This document shows, piece by piece, positions 25,516 to 35,335 of a stretch of 64,000 nt of DNA; position 1 is the first letter of the stretch; every line of letters starts with the position of its first letter. The translations under genes and the position numbers were made by a program. The notes beneath the pieces are model-generated. The model did no database searches. It saw nothing but the letters and a program-made list of their open reading frames with translations, and was not told the DNA's origin. This DNA is from an uncultured delta proteobacterium (GTDB lineage: Bacteria; Desulfobacterota; Binatia; Binatales; Binataceae), in NCBI GenBank assembly GCA_963711565.1, contig CAVQEQ010000001.1, positions 640,001 through 704,000 on the forward strand. Reading direction: 5' to 3'.

Positions 25516-27288
25516 GTGGCGCTATCTCGGATTAAGAGTCGTCGTTTTATCGAGCGCGAGGTACTGTGGGCCGCTTTGGGCACGCTGGTCTTCACGCTCG
25601 CATTCACCTGGCCGGTGCTGTGGCATCTGCGCGAATTCGGCTCCCGTGACGATTGGGATCTCTTCACCAGCCTGAGCTGGATACCTTACTACACGGTCCG
25701 ACACTTTCATCAATTACCGCTGTGGGATCCGTATCGATGCGGCGGCCTTCCGATGCTGGGAAATCCCCAAGCACGAATTGCCACGCCGTCCTTCCTGCTG
25801 ATCCTCGCGTTCGGTCCGTTCGTTGGGATGCACCTGGAACTCATCGCGCACATCGCGGCCGCCTTCGCGGGGACATACGTACTCGGACGGGTTATGGGCG
25901 TACGACCGTTGGCGGCATCGGTTGCGGGCGCGATGTTCGGCTCGACTTCCTGGTTCTATATGCATGCGGGCGTGGGTCACCAGACGTTTCTGGCGGGCGC
26001 GTACCTGCCATGGATAGCCGCGCTGTTCTGGTTGTCGATAGAGCGCGAAAGCTGGGCGCTGAGCATGCTCACCGGGTTGCTGGTAGCGTCCACCTTTCTG
26101 GACGGCGCCGTATACATCATTTTTTACGCAGCAGTTGTGGTGGTCGCGCTCGCGTGCGGCTGGGCACGCGTCAAAATGAGTATTCGGCCGATCGGTTCGG
26201 CCCTAGTGGTTGGGATATCCAGTCTGGGCTTTGCAGCCGTCAAGCTGATTCCGGCACTCGAAATGATCGCCCGTTATCCGCGTGCCGGCATGGGCGCGGA
26301 ATCCAACCCCCTTTCGCTGCTCCCGACGCTATTGTTTTCCCGCAACCAGCCGTTCTTCCGACTCGATGTCTCTTCGTTCGGTTTCCAGGAGTTCGATGCG
26401 TGGATTTCAATTGCCTTCGCTGCCCTCGCCCTGATCGGCCTGTTCACTTCGCGCCGCCGCTCGATTCCATGGCTGATACTCGCGATTACGTTTATTCTCT
26501 TTTACATGGGCGACTCTGGCCCGTATGCGCCGTGGACGTTGGCCCGCGAGTACCTTCATCTCATGGCGATGCGCCTTCCGGCGAGGTGCCTTATAGGCGT
26601 GATCCTGAGTCTTGCCGTCCTCGCGGCGCTGGGCGCGGAAGCTATTTGTACCCGAATGGGAACATGGGGCACGGTGGCGGTCGTGGGACTGCTGGCGTAC
26701 GGCCTCGCGGATTCCTGGTTGGTCTCGCCGCCACACCTCAAGTACGCCTTCATCCAGACCGAAACCCCTGCTCCCCGGTCGGACACCTTCAAGCAAACGA
26801 ATCAGCTGATGTCCACTTACAATATGGTCTCTTATCTGGAATCGAACATCGGCGTCCTTCGCTGTTATGAGTTCACAGATATTCCCACCAAGGCATTGGC
26901 GTACGACGATCCGAAGTATCGGGGCGAGCAATTTCTCACAGGGCCGGGAACTGTAACGCTCACCCGATGGACGCCCAATGCGCTGAGCTACAGCGTTGAT
27001 ACATCTGCTCCGAACGAGCTGGTTCTCAATCGCAACTACGATGCTTCGTGGCGGCTGGTCGCAGGCAAAGGCGCGGTAGTTTCAGAGAATACACTGCTCG
27101 CAGTCCGGCTGCCCGCTGGGCGCCAGCAGCTCAAGATCGCTTACCGGAGTTTCCGTCCGTTAGTTGGTGCTATGATTACGCTGGTAACCTTTGCAGTGAT
27201 GATTGCGGTATGGCGCCGGGAACGGCGGCTTTGTCGAGCTGCGGAGAAAGCGCCTTGCAGCCCCACGCGTAAACCGACGCGCACCTAG
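25516..27288 (+). CDS. Polytopic membrane protein, YfhO/GT-C-like
   Basis: GTG start behind AGGAG; DDWD acidic loop, LPLWDPYRCGGLPMLGNPQ, many TM segments, C-terminal LVLNRNYDASW..VRLPAG...I.Y. Confidence 0.72.
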   Translation: MALSRIKSRRFIEREVLWAALGTLVFTLAFTWPVLWHLREFGSRDDWDLFTSLSWIPYYTVRHFHQLPLWDPYRCGGLPMLGNPQARIATPSFLLILAFGPFVGMHLELIAHIAAAFAGTYVLGRVMGVRPLAASVAGAMFGSTSWFYMHAGVGHQTFLAGAYLPWIAALFWLSIERESWALSMLTGLLVASTFLDGAVYIIFYAAVVVVALACGWARVKMSIRPIGSALVVGISSLGFAAVKLIPALEMIARYPRAGMGAESNPLSLLPTLLFSRNQPFFRLDVSSFGFQEFDAWISIAFAALALIGLFTSRRRSIPWLILAITFILFYMGDSGPYAPWTLAREYLHLMAMRLPARCLIGVILSLAVLAALGAEAICTRMGTWGTVAVVGLLAYGLADSWLVSPPHLKYAFIQTETPAPRSDTFKQTNQLMSTYNMVSYLESNIGVLRCYEFTDIPTKALAYDDPKYRGEQFLTGPGTVTLTRWTPNALSYSVDTSAPNELVLNRNYDASWRLVAGKGAVVSENTLLAVRLPAGRQQLKIAYRSFRPLVGAMITLVTFAVMIAVWRRERRLCRAAEKAPCSPTRKPTRT

Positions 27289-27348
27289 AGGCACCCTTCC
27301 GCTGCGGAAGATACCACTAGTTCCGCTCGCGGCAATCGCCAACCGAAC

Positions 27349-28224
27349 CTACAATTCAGCGTGCTCGAGATCGGGGATGAGCCCAGTCTGTGTTGGGCGC
27401 CATCCCAGCTGTTCCTGCGTTCGCACGCTCGAAGTCGGAGCGTCAACACCTACGAAGAGCGCGAGGAAGCCGAAATGATCGGCCGTCTCCGCGGGCGACT
27501 TGGCGACGACTGGCACGTTCAGGCGCCTGCCTATTACCTCGGCGATTTCTCGAAGCAGCACTCCCTCTTCGGCGACCGCGTGATACCGCGCGTTCGCAGA
27601 TCCCTTCTCAAGGGCCAGGCGGAAGAGATGGGCAGCATCGAGCCGATGCACCGCAGGCCATCGGTTGCGCCCGTCACCTACGTACGCCGAAATTCCCTTC
27701 TCGCGGGCCAGAGCGATCATCATTGTGACTAATCCATGCTTGCTTCGGTCGTGGACCGATGGAGGAAGACGTACCGCAGAGACGCGCACGCCACGCTCTG
27801 CTACCGAGTCTCCTGCCTGTTCTGAAACGCGGGGAAACCCGGGGATGAACGCATCTTCTTCGGTTCCGAGGCGGCCCGGCGCAAGACCCGCAGTTCCGGA
27901 GGTGACGACCAAAGGGCGGCCGGAGCTGGCCAGCGCCGATCCAAGAACCTCGATGGCGCGCCGGTCTATCTCGCAGTTCTCCTGGTATTTCGAAAAATCG
28001 TGGATAAAGGCGCAGTGGATCACGCCATCCGACATGGCCGCTCCACTGCGCAGGCTTTCCACGTCTTCAAGGTCGCCGCGACGCGCCTGCGCACCAGCCT
28101 CGACCAGCGACCTGGCGCCCGCATCTGAGCGGGCAAGACCGATCACCTTATGGCCCGCGTTAATCAGCTCGGGAATAATTGCGGAACCGATAAACCCTGT
28201 GGCGCCAGTGACGAAAACACGCAT
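27349..28224 (-). CDS. NAD-dependent epimerase/dehydratase family (atypical SDR)
   Basis: [35 protein letters not shown]. Confidence 0.9.
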   Translation of the reverse strand: MRVFVTGATGFIGSAIIPELINAGHKVIGLARSDAGARSLVEAGAQARRGDLEDVESLRSGAAMSDGVIHCAFIHDFSKYQENCEIDRRAIEVLGSALASSGRPLVVTSGTAGLAPGRLGTEEDAFIPGFPRVSEQAGDSVAERGVRVSAVRLPPSVHDRSKHGLVTMMIALAREKGISAYVGDGRNRWPAVHRLDAAHLFRLALEKGSANARYHAVAEEGVLLREIAEVIGRRLNVPVVAKSPAETADHFGFLALFVGVDAPTSSVRTQEQLGWRPTQTGLIPDLEHAEL

Positions 28225-28491
28225 CACGATTTCTCCTTCAGTTCAATTCATGGCCGTGAACGAATTCACAGCCCCGTCGTTATCATCGTAGGAATTGGAG
28301 GAAGTACAGTCTATGCTGCGGAGTCCGTATTATCTTCGCGATCGTCCGAGGATCATACGTATAGCCGGGGCAGGAGTCCCGATTTTCCTTCGCACACCGC
28401 TGCCAGATCTTGCAAACTTCGATTCGGTTGGAATTCTCGGGCGGACTTCCGGGAGGGACACGAAGTTCCAACCAGGGTAAAATCAATCGAT

Positions 28492-29475
28492 ATGGGGAAG
28501 CTGAAATTCGGGGTTTGGATTCCGAGCTATGCGTCCAATGACTCTGCGCGGCTCGAGCGCGTTCGAACCTCAATCCGGAAGTGCGACGAGTACGGTATCG
28601 ACATCTGGGTCATCGATCATCTGCTTACTTCTCCGGGGCTCTATTCGGTCAGTTGGCTCGAGCCGATCGAGATGCTCTCCTATGCTGCGGCGATCACATC
28701 GCGGGTGAAACTCGCGACCGGAATCCTGCTGCTGCCGGTCAGAAATCCGGTGGTTCTCGCGAAGGAAGTTGCAACCCTGTGCGCGCTCTCAGGCGAGCGG
28801 TTGATGCTCGGGGTCGGCCCGGGATGGAATGCGCAGGAATTTGCCGCCACCGGATCGCGAATCGAGGAGCGCGGCCGCAGATGTGACGAGATGATCGAGT
28901 CGCTGTCGCTACTACTCAGCAGGAGCAATGCGACGTTCACGGGGCGCTATTACAATTTCGAGGATGTCACACTCGATCCGCGACCGTCGCGGATGCCGGA
29001 ATTGTGGGTCGGAGGCGGATCGAAAACTCCGGATTTGCAGGGTCACGATCAACCGAAGTTGGCGAAGACCGTAGCCGATCGAATCGTCAAGGCCGGACAT
29101 TGGCTGTCGCGCGCCGCCGGCTCGCAGGAGATGGTGAAGCGGGATTGGGAACTCCTGCGCGAGCATTCGCGCGCGATGGGGAAAAATCCGGATTCACTCG
29201 TCTTCGGTCACTGCAATTTCATCCACCTCGTCGATACGGCTGACGAGGAAAAAGCGGCGGCGGAATCCAGGGAACCGTTCCTGCGCGTGATGGGCAGTTA
29301 CCGCGAATGGGACCATTTGCGGACGTCGTACTTCATCGGCTCGATCGACCGGATACCCGCCCGAATCGCGGACCTCGTCGAGGCCGGCCTGCAATACCTG
29401 GTGCTCGGACCCGTCAGCGACGATCCTGTCCAAATCGATCTGATCAACAAACGCATCGTCGCCGCATTCTCCTGA
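28492..29475 (+). CDS. LLM-class flavin-dependent oxidoreductase
   Basis: Start at MGKLKFG; WVIDH, TSRVKLATG.LLLP.RNPVVLAKE..TL..LSG.RL.LGVG.GW...EF, LWVGG. Confidence 0.9.
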   Translation: MGKLKFGVWIPSYASNDSARLERVRTSIRKCDEYGIDIWVIDHLLTSPGLYSVSWLEPIEMLSYAAAITSRVKLATGILLLPVRNPVVLAKEVATLCALSGERLMLGVGPGWNAQEFAATGSRIEERGRRCDEMIESLSLLLSRSNATFTGRYYNFEDVTLDPRPSRMPELWVGGGSKTPDLQGHDQPKLAKTVADRIVKAGHWLSRAAGSQEMVKRDWELLREHSRAMGKNPDSLVFGHCNFIHLVDTADEEKAAAESREPFLRVMGSYREWDHLRTSYFIGSIDRIPARIADLVEAGLQYLVLGPVSDDPVQIDLINKRIVAAFS

Positions 29476-29603
29476 CGGTTTTGCGCAATGCCATCCTGAC
29501 CTATCCGATAATGTTCGAAGGACTGAGCCAGTTAGCGGCTAACGTTCCGGCGCGATGAGTTCCGAGTGACACTAATCCAATTTCAACGAGAGGTACATTG
29601 ATT

Positions 29604-30356
29604 ATGAAAAAATTAGCCGGCAAGGTGGCAATCGTAACCGGAGCGTCCAAAGGAATTGGAGCTGCTGCGGCCAAGGCGCTCGCGGCTGAAGGAGCAGCGG
29701 TCGCGGTCATCTACTCCTCAGGAAAAGAAGGAGCCGAGCGCCTGGCGTCGCAGATAACCCGCGAAGGCGGCAAGGCGAGCGCGATTCAAGCTGACGTTTC
29801 CAAAGCGGCCGACGTAAAGCGCATGTTCGAGAAGACAAAGGAACTCTTCGGGTCGGTGAATGTGCTGGTGAACAATGCCGGCGTCTTTCAATTCGACCCC
29901 GTCGAAGCGATCACGGAAAAGGAGTTCCATCGCGAGTTCGACATCAACGTGCTCGGGACGATTCTCGCGACGCAGGAAGCGCTGAGATACTTCCCGTCCA
30001 GTGGCGGCAGCATTATCAATATGAGTTCGATCGCCAGCGAGAATCCGGTGCCGAATTCATGTCTCTACGCCGCAACCAAGGGCGCCATTGATACGATTAC
30101 AAAGGCGCTGGCGAAAGAGCTCGGACCCCGGAAGATCCGCGTAAATACCGTTGCGCCGGGACTGGTCGATACGGAAGGTAATCGCAGCAGCGGCTTTGTC
30201 GGCAGTGCGGCTGGAGATGCGGGCGCAGCGGCTACCCCGCTGGCCGCGAGATTCGGCAAGCCGGAGGAAATCGCGCCAGTCGTTGTTTTTCTCGCCTCAG
30301 ACGATGCGGCGTGGCTGACGGGCGAGCGAATCAGCGCTTCCGGCGGCTTACACTAA
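29604..30356 (+). CDS. Short-chain dehydrogenase/reductase
   Basis: VTGASKGIG, LVNNAG, YAATK, IRVNTVAPG, WLTGE. Confidence 0.93.
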   Translation: MKKLAGKVAIVTGASKGIGAAAAKALAAEGAAVAVIYSSGKEGAERLASQITREGGKASAIQADVSKAADVKRMFEKTKELFGSVNVLVNNAGVFQFDPVEAITEKEFHREFDINVLGTILATQEALRYFPSSGGSIINMSSIASENPVPNSCLYAATKGAIDTITKALAKELGPRKIRVNTVAPGLVDTEGNRSSGFVGSAAGDAGAAATPLAARFGKPEEIAPVVVFLASDDAAWLTGERISASGGLH

Positions 30357-30391
30357 GGCTTCGCCGAGTGGGGATTGTGGTTCGCTGATCA

Positions 30392-32278
30392 TTAGAGCGA
30401 GGTCATGCGCGGGTGGGTACTCGAGGGGGCTGACGCCAGTCCGCTCGCTTGCTGGTCAAACAGTCCGGCATAGACACCACCACGGCGTATCAGGTCCTCA
30501 TGCTTGCCGGTCTCGACGATGCGACCGTCATCCAACACGACGATCAGATCGGCGGTAATCGCGCTGCGCAGACGATGTGAGATCATCAACACCGTGCGGC
30601 CGATCATCAGCCGTTCCATTGCACTGTGAATCTGATTCTCCGATTCCGAGTCCACCGCCGAAGTCGCTTCGTCGAAGATCACAATCTTCGAGTCCTTCAG
30701 GAGCGCTCGCGCAATCGCAAGCCGTTGGCGCTGGCCGCCGGAAATCTTAAAGCCTCTTTCACCGATGATCGTATCGAGTCCCTGCGGCATACTTTCGACA
30801 AAATCCCGCATGCTGGCCATCTCGAGCGCGCGCATCAGCATCTCGTCGGTCGCGTCGGCGCGCGCATAGCGCAGGTTGTCCCGGATACTGGCGCTGAAGA
30901 GCAGCGCATCTTGCGCGACCAACGCGACGTGGTTCCGCAGCGACTTGAGCGTGTAGTGGCGCACGTCCCGGCCATCAATCAGAACGCGGCCGCGCGTGGC
31001 GTCATAGAAACGCGGAACCAGGCTCGCCATCGTCGTCTTGCCGGCGCCGGATTTGCCAACCAGCGCGACCCGGCATCCGCCGGGAATGTGCAGGTTCAGT
31101 CCTTCGAGGGCCGGACCCTTCGACACCCCGTTGCGTGCGCCGTACGCGAACGACACGTCGTCGAACTGAACGGTCCCGTTGCGGATGGCAAAGGGACGAC
31201 TCAGCGGATGGTCGGTTATCTCGGGCTTCAGATCGAGGAACGAGAAAATTCGCTCGAGCGCGGCCATCGAGGCCGACACGACAACGGAGAGCTGCGCGAA
31301 TCGTTCCAACGGCAGGTAAAGAAACCCGAGATACGAAAAGAATGCGACCAGCGTGCCGAGCGTCATGGTGCCGCGAAGGATCATCAACGCGCCCACCCAG
31401 ATCACGACCGAAGGTGCGGCGCGAGTCAGCAGCTGGATCAGCATCTCCTGGCGAGCCGCGAGTCTGACCTTGTCGACCGTGCGGTCCAGCAGCCGTTTGG
31501 TCTGATCGCGGAAGTGCTCGACTTCGAGATCCTCGCGGCAAAATGACTTGATCGTGCTCGCGCTCGCGACTCGCTCGTGAACTTGACCGGTGATTTCCTC
31601 GACCGTCTCCTGCATCCGGTGGCTCACCGATTTGATTCGCGGTGAGAAAAAACGCATGAAGACAACCCACAGCGGCGAAATACAAAGCGCCACGATTGCG
31701 AGGCGCCAGTTCAGCGCCAGCAGCGCGACCACCACCAGCATCAGTGAGATGCCGTCCATCCACACATCGATCAGCACCGAGCTGACGAGCTCGTTGGCTT
31801 GCTGAACGTCGTTGAGCACGCGCGATACGATCGCGCCGCTTGGATTTCGATCGAAGAACGAATGCGGAAGAGTTTGCAGATGCGAAAACAGACGACCTTG
31901 AAGATCGAAAATCAGCTTGTTGCCTGCAATGCCCGCCCAATAATTGCGATAAAAGCTCGCTATCGACTGAAGCGTATAGAGCGCCAGCATCACCGAACTT
32001 AACGCGAATAGTTTGTTGGCGGGCGTCGCGGCGAAACCAGCCAGTCCGGCAAGTCCAGCGCACCAACCGTCTATCAACCGCATCAAGCGGTCCAACTTGG
32101 GCGGCGAGCTCAGTAAAACATCGATGACGTATTTGAAGGCCAGCGGAAACGCGAGCGGAAGCGTAAATTTGCCCACTCCCATCAGGGCAGCACCAACCAC
32201 CAATCGGAGGTACGGTCTGATGAATCCGGCGAATCTAAAAATTACCGAGTGAGAAAATTTTTCCGCGTCAGGGTCCAT
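30392..32278 (-). CDS. ABC exporter, fused permease/ATP-binding protein (MsbA-like)
   Basis: TM domain plus Walker A GKSGAGKTT, ISGGQRQR, FDEATSAVD; start set at MDPDAEK. Confidence 0.92.
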   Translation of the reverse strand: MDPDAEKFSHSVIFRFAGFIRPYLRLVVGAALMGVGKFTLPLAFPLAFKYVIDVLLSSPPKLDRLMRLIDGWCAGLAGLAGFAATPANKLFALSSVMLALYTLQSIASFYRNYWAGIAGNKLIFDLQGRLFSHLQTLPHSFFDRNPSGAIVSRVLNDVQQANELVSSVLIDVWMDGISLMLVVVALLALNWRLAIVALCISPLWVVFMRFFSPRIKSVSHRMQETVEEITGQVHERVASASTIKSFCREDLEVEHFRDQTKRLLDRTVDKVRLAARQEMLIQLLTRAAPSVVIWVGALMILRGTMTLGTLVAFFSYLGFLYLPLERFAQLSVVVSASMAALERIFSFLDLKPEITDHPLSRPFAIRNGTVQFDDVSFAYGARNGVSKGPALEGLNLHIPGGCRVALVGKSGAGKTTMASLVPRFYDATRGRVLIDGRDVRHYTLKSLRNHVALVAQDALLFSASIRDNLRYARADATDEMLMRALEMASMRDFVESMPQGLDTIIGERGFKISGGQRQRLAIARALLKDSKIVIFDEATSAVDSESENQIHSAMERLMIGRTVLMISHRLRSAITADLIVVLDDGRIVETGKHEDLIRRGGVYAGLFDQQASGLASAPSSTHPRMTSL

Positions 32279-32348
32279 AGCAAAATCCTCAGGAAATTCC
32301 GTTCGGTGCGGAGGCGCGAGGGGCGGGAACAACCCGGCCCTAGAGAAA

Positions 32349-32364
32349 AGCAACCTATGTGCCT
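32349..32364 (-). promoter_or_regulatory. Sigma54 -24/-12 promoter upstream of the ABC exporter
   Basis: AGGCAC-ATAGG-TTGCT, exact GG-N10-GC spacing, about 70 nt upstream of the start. Confidence 0.65.
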
Positions 32365-32529
32365 GTGAACGCGCCTGATTACTAGCGGCATTATTCGTCG
32401 CGCCAGTCGGGTCCGATGCTTCCTGTGAAATTTTGGACGTACCAAATCGTCGAGCTGAACAACCAATTGCGCAAAAGATGAGAGTGCGGGCGTTGGCGCG
32501 AAATTCGCTTTAATTTTGCAGAGTTCTCC

Positions 32530-33912
32530 GTGCTTAGGCAAAAGATCAAAGCGACGGCAGAATGCGAAGCGTCGGCGCGCGACTCGAAGCATCCTGCTGA
32601 AATTGGCAGCCGCGGGTCGAAGGCCACCGTCGGTGCAATAGCCATCTTGTTGCTCTACCAGGGCTACACGCTGTCAATTGTCGGCATCGCATCACCGTGG
32701 ATCGCGAAGACCTACGCGCTCGACGAGCGCGGGCTCGCCCGCTTATTTGCATGGATGGCGATCTCGGCGTTCGGCGCACTAATTCTCGCGCGTCTGGCCG
32801 ATCGCGTCGGGCGCCGGCTCGTGATTCTTGGCGCATTGGTCCTTGCGCCGCTTTTTTCCGCGGGCGCGGCGCTGGCGCCGACTGCCACCGCTTTCGCCGC
32901 CTGCGAGATAGCGGTGTCGGCGCTGCTCGGAGGATCGGTCTCCTCGGCGATCGTGCTGCTCGCCGAAGAACTGCCGGTCAAGCAGCGCGCTCGCGGGCAG
33001 GCGGTCGCCGCGCTGGCGAGCGCGATCGGCGGCGTAATTGGCTATCTGATCATTCCCGGGCTACTGGCGTGGAACTATTCGTGGCGATGGCTGCTGGCGC
33101 CTTCGGCGGCCGGAGTGTTGCTGGTAGTTCCGATAGCCATCATGCTGCCGGCGCAATCGAGGTGGTCGAATGCCGCCGCTGCAGGTACCGCGAAGCGCAG
33201 TCACTTCTACGATATTTTTCATCCGATCTATCGACGCCGATCGATCACGTTGCTGATCTGCGCAGCGCTCGACACCGTCGCAGGCACCGCAGTGAACGGC
33301 TGGCTCTACTATCAGGCCGTCTCGATCCTGGGCCTCTCGCCCGCATCGGCAAGCACGCTGGTGGTTACGGGAATGGGAGTCGGCATGATCGGATTTCCAA
33401 TTGGCGCGTGGACCTCGGAACGTTTCGGACGCGTGCCGACCGTGGTCTACATGGGTGGCGCGGCGTGGCTCGGCGCGTTTGCGTTCTACTTTGGCCCGCC
33501 GGCATTCGTCAGTTGGCCGTTCATGTGGCTGGTGGTCGTCTATTGCTGGTTCAAAGTCGCGTCGGACGTGATGACGGTCGGCGCGAACTCCGCGGCGACT
33601 GAACTCTTCCCCGCCGCCTTGCGCACCACGATGATCGGCGCGCAAGGAATCACCGCGGCCCTTTTCTCGATGCTGGCGCAAGTCCTGATCGCTGCGTTGA
33701 TAGGTCCGCTCGGCGGACTCGCGCGCGTCATCCGCTACCTGGCTTTGCTGGGCATTCCAAGCGCCGCGATCTTCGGGCTGTTCATCGATGAGACCCGCGG
33801 TCTAACGCTCGAGCGATCGGCGCTCGAAGATCAGTGGGACGAAGTTCGACACGACCCGGATCCGGCGGAAGCCGAAAATCGCCGTTACGCCGCCGATACG
33901 GTGTCGCGATGA
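32530..33912 (+). CDS. MFS transporter
   Basis: About 12 TM segments; LADRVGRR, EELP...RARG, SERFGR, TELFP..LR, ETRG. Start uncertain. Confidence 0.88.
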   Translation: MLRQKIKATAECEASARDSKHPAEIGSRGSKATVGAIAILLLYQGYTLSIVGIASPWIAKTYALDERGLARLFAWMAISAFGALILARLADRVGRRLVILGALVLAPLFSAGAALAPTATAFAACEIAVSALLGGSVSSAIVLLAEELPVKQRARGQAVAALASAIGGVIGYLIIPGLLAWNYSWRWLLAPSAAGVLLVVPIAIMLPAQSRWSNAAAAGTAKRSHFYDIFHPIYRRRSITLLICAALDTVAGTAVNGWLYYQAVSILGLSPASASTLVVTGMGVGMIGFPIGAWTSERFGRVPTVVYMGGAAWLGAFAFYFGPPAFVSWPFMWLVVVYCWFKVASDVMTVGANSAATELFPAALRTTMIGAQGITAALFSMLAQVLIAALIGPLGGLARVIRYLALLGIPSAAIFGLFIDETRGLTLERSALEDQWDEVRHDPDPAEAENRRYAADTVSR

Positions 33913-35330
33913 CAGACCGATCCACAGTTTCGCTCGGCAGCCGGAGCATCCGGGCGTGCCTATTGTGCGCGATTGCACTCGGCCTTCTCGTCGCAACAGC
34001 CTTGGCGACAGACAGTGAGCAAACTGGTACAGCGCGCGAAGAATCGCCCATGACGCCGCACAGCTATGGGGCATTGAAGCCAATCGTTTTAATTGCGGGA
34101 GGCACCGGTTACGTCGATCTCCCAACTGGCAAAAGTCCGGGAGTCCTCAATTCCGCGGAAATTTACGATCCGACTCTTCGTCGATTTCTGCCAATCGCGC
34201 CGATGAACGAGCGCCGCGACCAGTTTAATGCGACCGCGATCTCGATGGACAAGGTTCTGATAGTAGGCGGTATCAACACTCTGCTGGTCCCTTTGAACGT
34301 ATTTCCCGGGCCGGCAATGCCCTGGATTTTACGTTCCGCTGAAATCTTCAATTCCGGCAATGGCAAGTTCGTTGCGGTGCCGAGCACGAAGTCCCCGCGC
34401 GACGAGCCAACCGTCACGGCTTTGAAAAACGGCGATCTGCTGATTGTTGGCGGCGACTCGCCGTCGGCCGAGATCTACGATCCGGCGTCGAATACCTTCT
34501 CCGAGACCGGCGCGATGGCCGCGAGCCGTCACGGACAGAGCGCGACCTTGCTGCGCGACGGCCGTGTGTTGATAGCTGGAGGTGGATTCGAGAAGCTGGA
34601 GCTTTACGATCCCGCCGGCGGAAAGTTCAATTTTGCCGGCAAGCTCAGTAACAATCGGCTGTATCACACCGCGACGCTGCTCGATAACGGCCTCGTTCTA
34701 ATCGCGGGCGGTTGCCCCTACGCGCGGAGCAGCGCGCTCGACACCAGCGAAATCTTCGACGAATCGAAGCAAACCGTCGTCGATGGGCCGAAGATGACTC
34801 AAAGACGCGCCGGACATACGGCAACGCTGCTGGGCGACGGACGAGTCTTGATCGCCGGCGGTCGCGCCGACAAGTCGTCCGAGCTGTACGATCCCGAGTC
34901 GGGCCAGTTCGTCGAAGGGCCGGAGATGGTCGAAGCCCGCTCCGGACAATCGGCGACACTTCTGCCGGATGGAACCGTGCTGCTCGCGGGCGGATGGGAT
35001 CCGGAGTACAAGCCGCTGGCGAGCGCCGAAATCTTCGATCCGGTTGCGAACAGATTTGTTACCACCGGTGAGATGACTGAGGCGCGCGCCGGACAAAGCG
35101 CAACGCTCATACTTGGCCGCGAACCTATCACCTGGATACGGCCGACACCGTCGGCAACTCCGACTCCGACCAACACTCCGACGGGCACCGTGACTCTTAC
35201 GCCGACGGGGACTTTGACTCCCACGCCGTCGATAACTCCAACGGAATCTTTGACGCCGACGATCAGCCCGACTCCGACTGCCGACGCTGTGGCGACGCCG
35301 TCTGCAAAAGAGGCGACCCCGCGCCCGTAG
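33909..35330 (+). CDS. Exported Kelch/galactose-oxidase-type beta-propeller protein with Pro/Thr-rich tail
   Basis: ATG overlaps the MFS stop; signal-like segment; repeats R..H/QxATLL.DGRVLIAGG...SAEI/LYDP; C-terminal TPTP repeats. Confidence 0.88.
   Translation: MTDRSTVSLGSRSIRACLLCAIALGLLVATALATDSEQTGTAREESPMTPHSYGALKPIVLIAGGTGYVDLPTGKSPGVLNSAEIYDPTLRRFLPIAPMNERRDQFNATAISMDKVLIVGGINTLLVPLNVFPGPAMPWILRSAEIFNSGNGKFVAVPSTKSPRDEPTVTALKNGDLLIVGGDSPSAEIYDPASNTFSETGAMAASRHGQSATLLRDGRVLIAGGGFEKLELYDPAGGKFNFAGKLSNNRLYHTATLLDNGLVLIAGGCPYARSSALDTSEIFDESKQTVVDGPKMTQRRAGHTATLLGDGRVLIAGGRADKSSELYDPESGQFVEGPEMVEARSGQSATLLPDGTVLLAGGWDPEYKPLASAEIFDPVANRFVTTGEMTEARAGQSATLILGREPITWIRPTPSATPTPTNTPTGTVTLTPTGTLTPTPSITPTESLTPTISPTPTADAVATPSAKEATPRP
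35141..35300 (+). repeat. Degenerate coding repeats (Thr-Pro-rich linker)
   Basis: PTPSATPTPTNTPTGTVTLTPTGTLTPTPSITPTESLTPTISPTPT. Confidence 0.7.
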
Positions 35331-35335
35331 GCGGA

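Noticed and set aside
32494-32509. Possible sigma54 box TGGCGCGAAATTCGCT upstream of the MFS gene
   Set aside because: The -12 element is degenerate (TCGC) and very close to an uncertain start codon.
35141-35300. Short repeats as a CRISPR or VNTR array
   Set aside because: Degenerate, in frame and encoding a Thr/Pro linker; no constant repeat-spacer structure and no cas genes.
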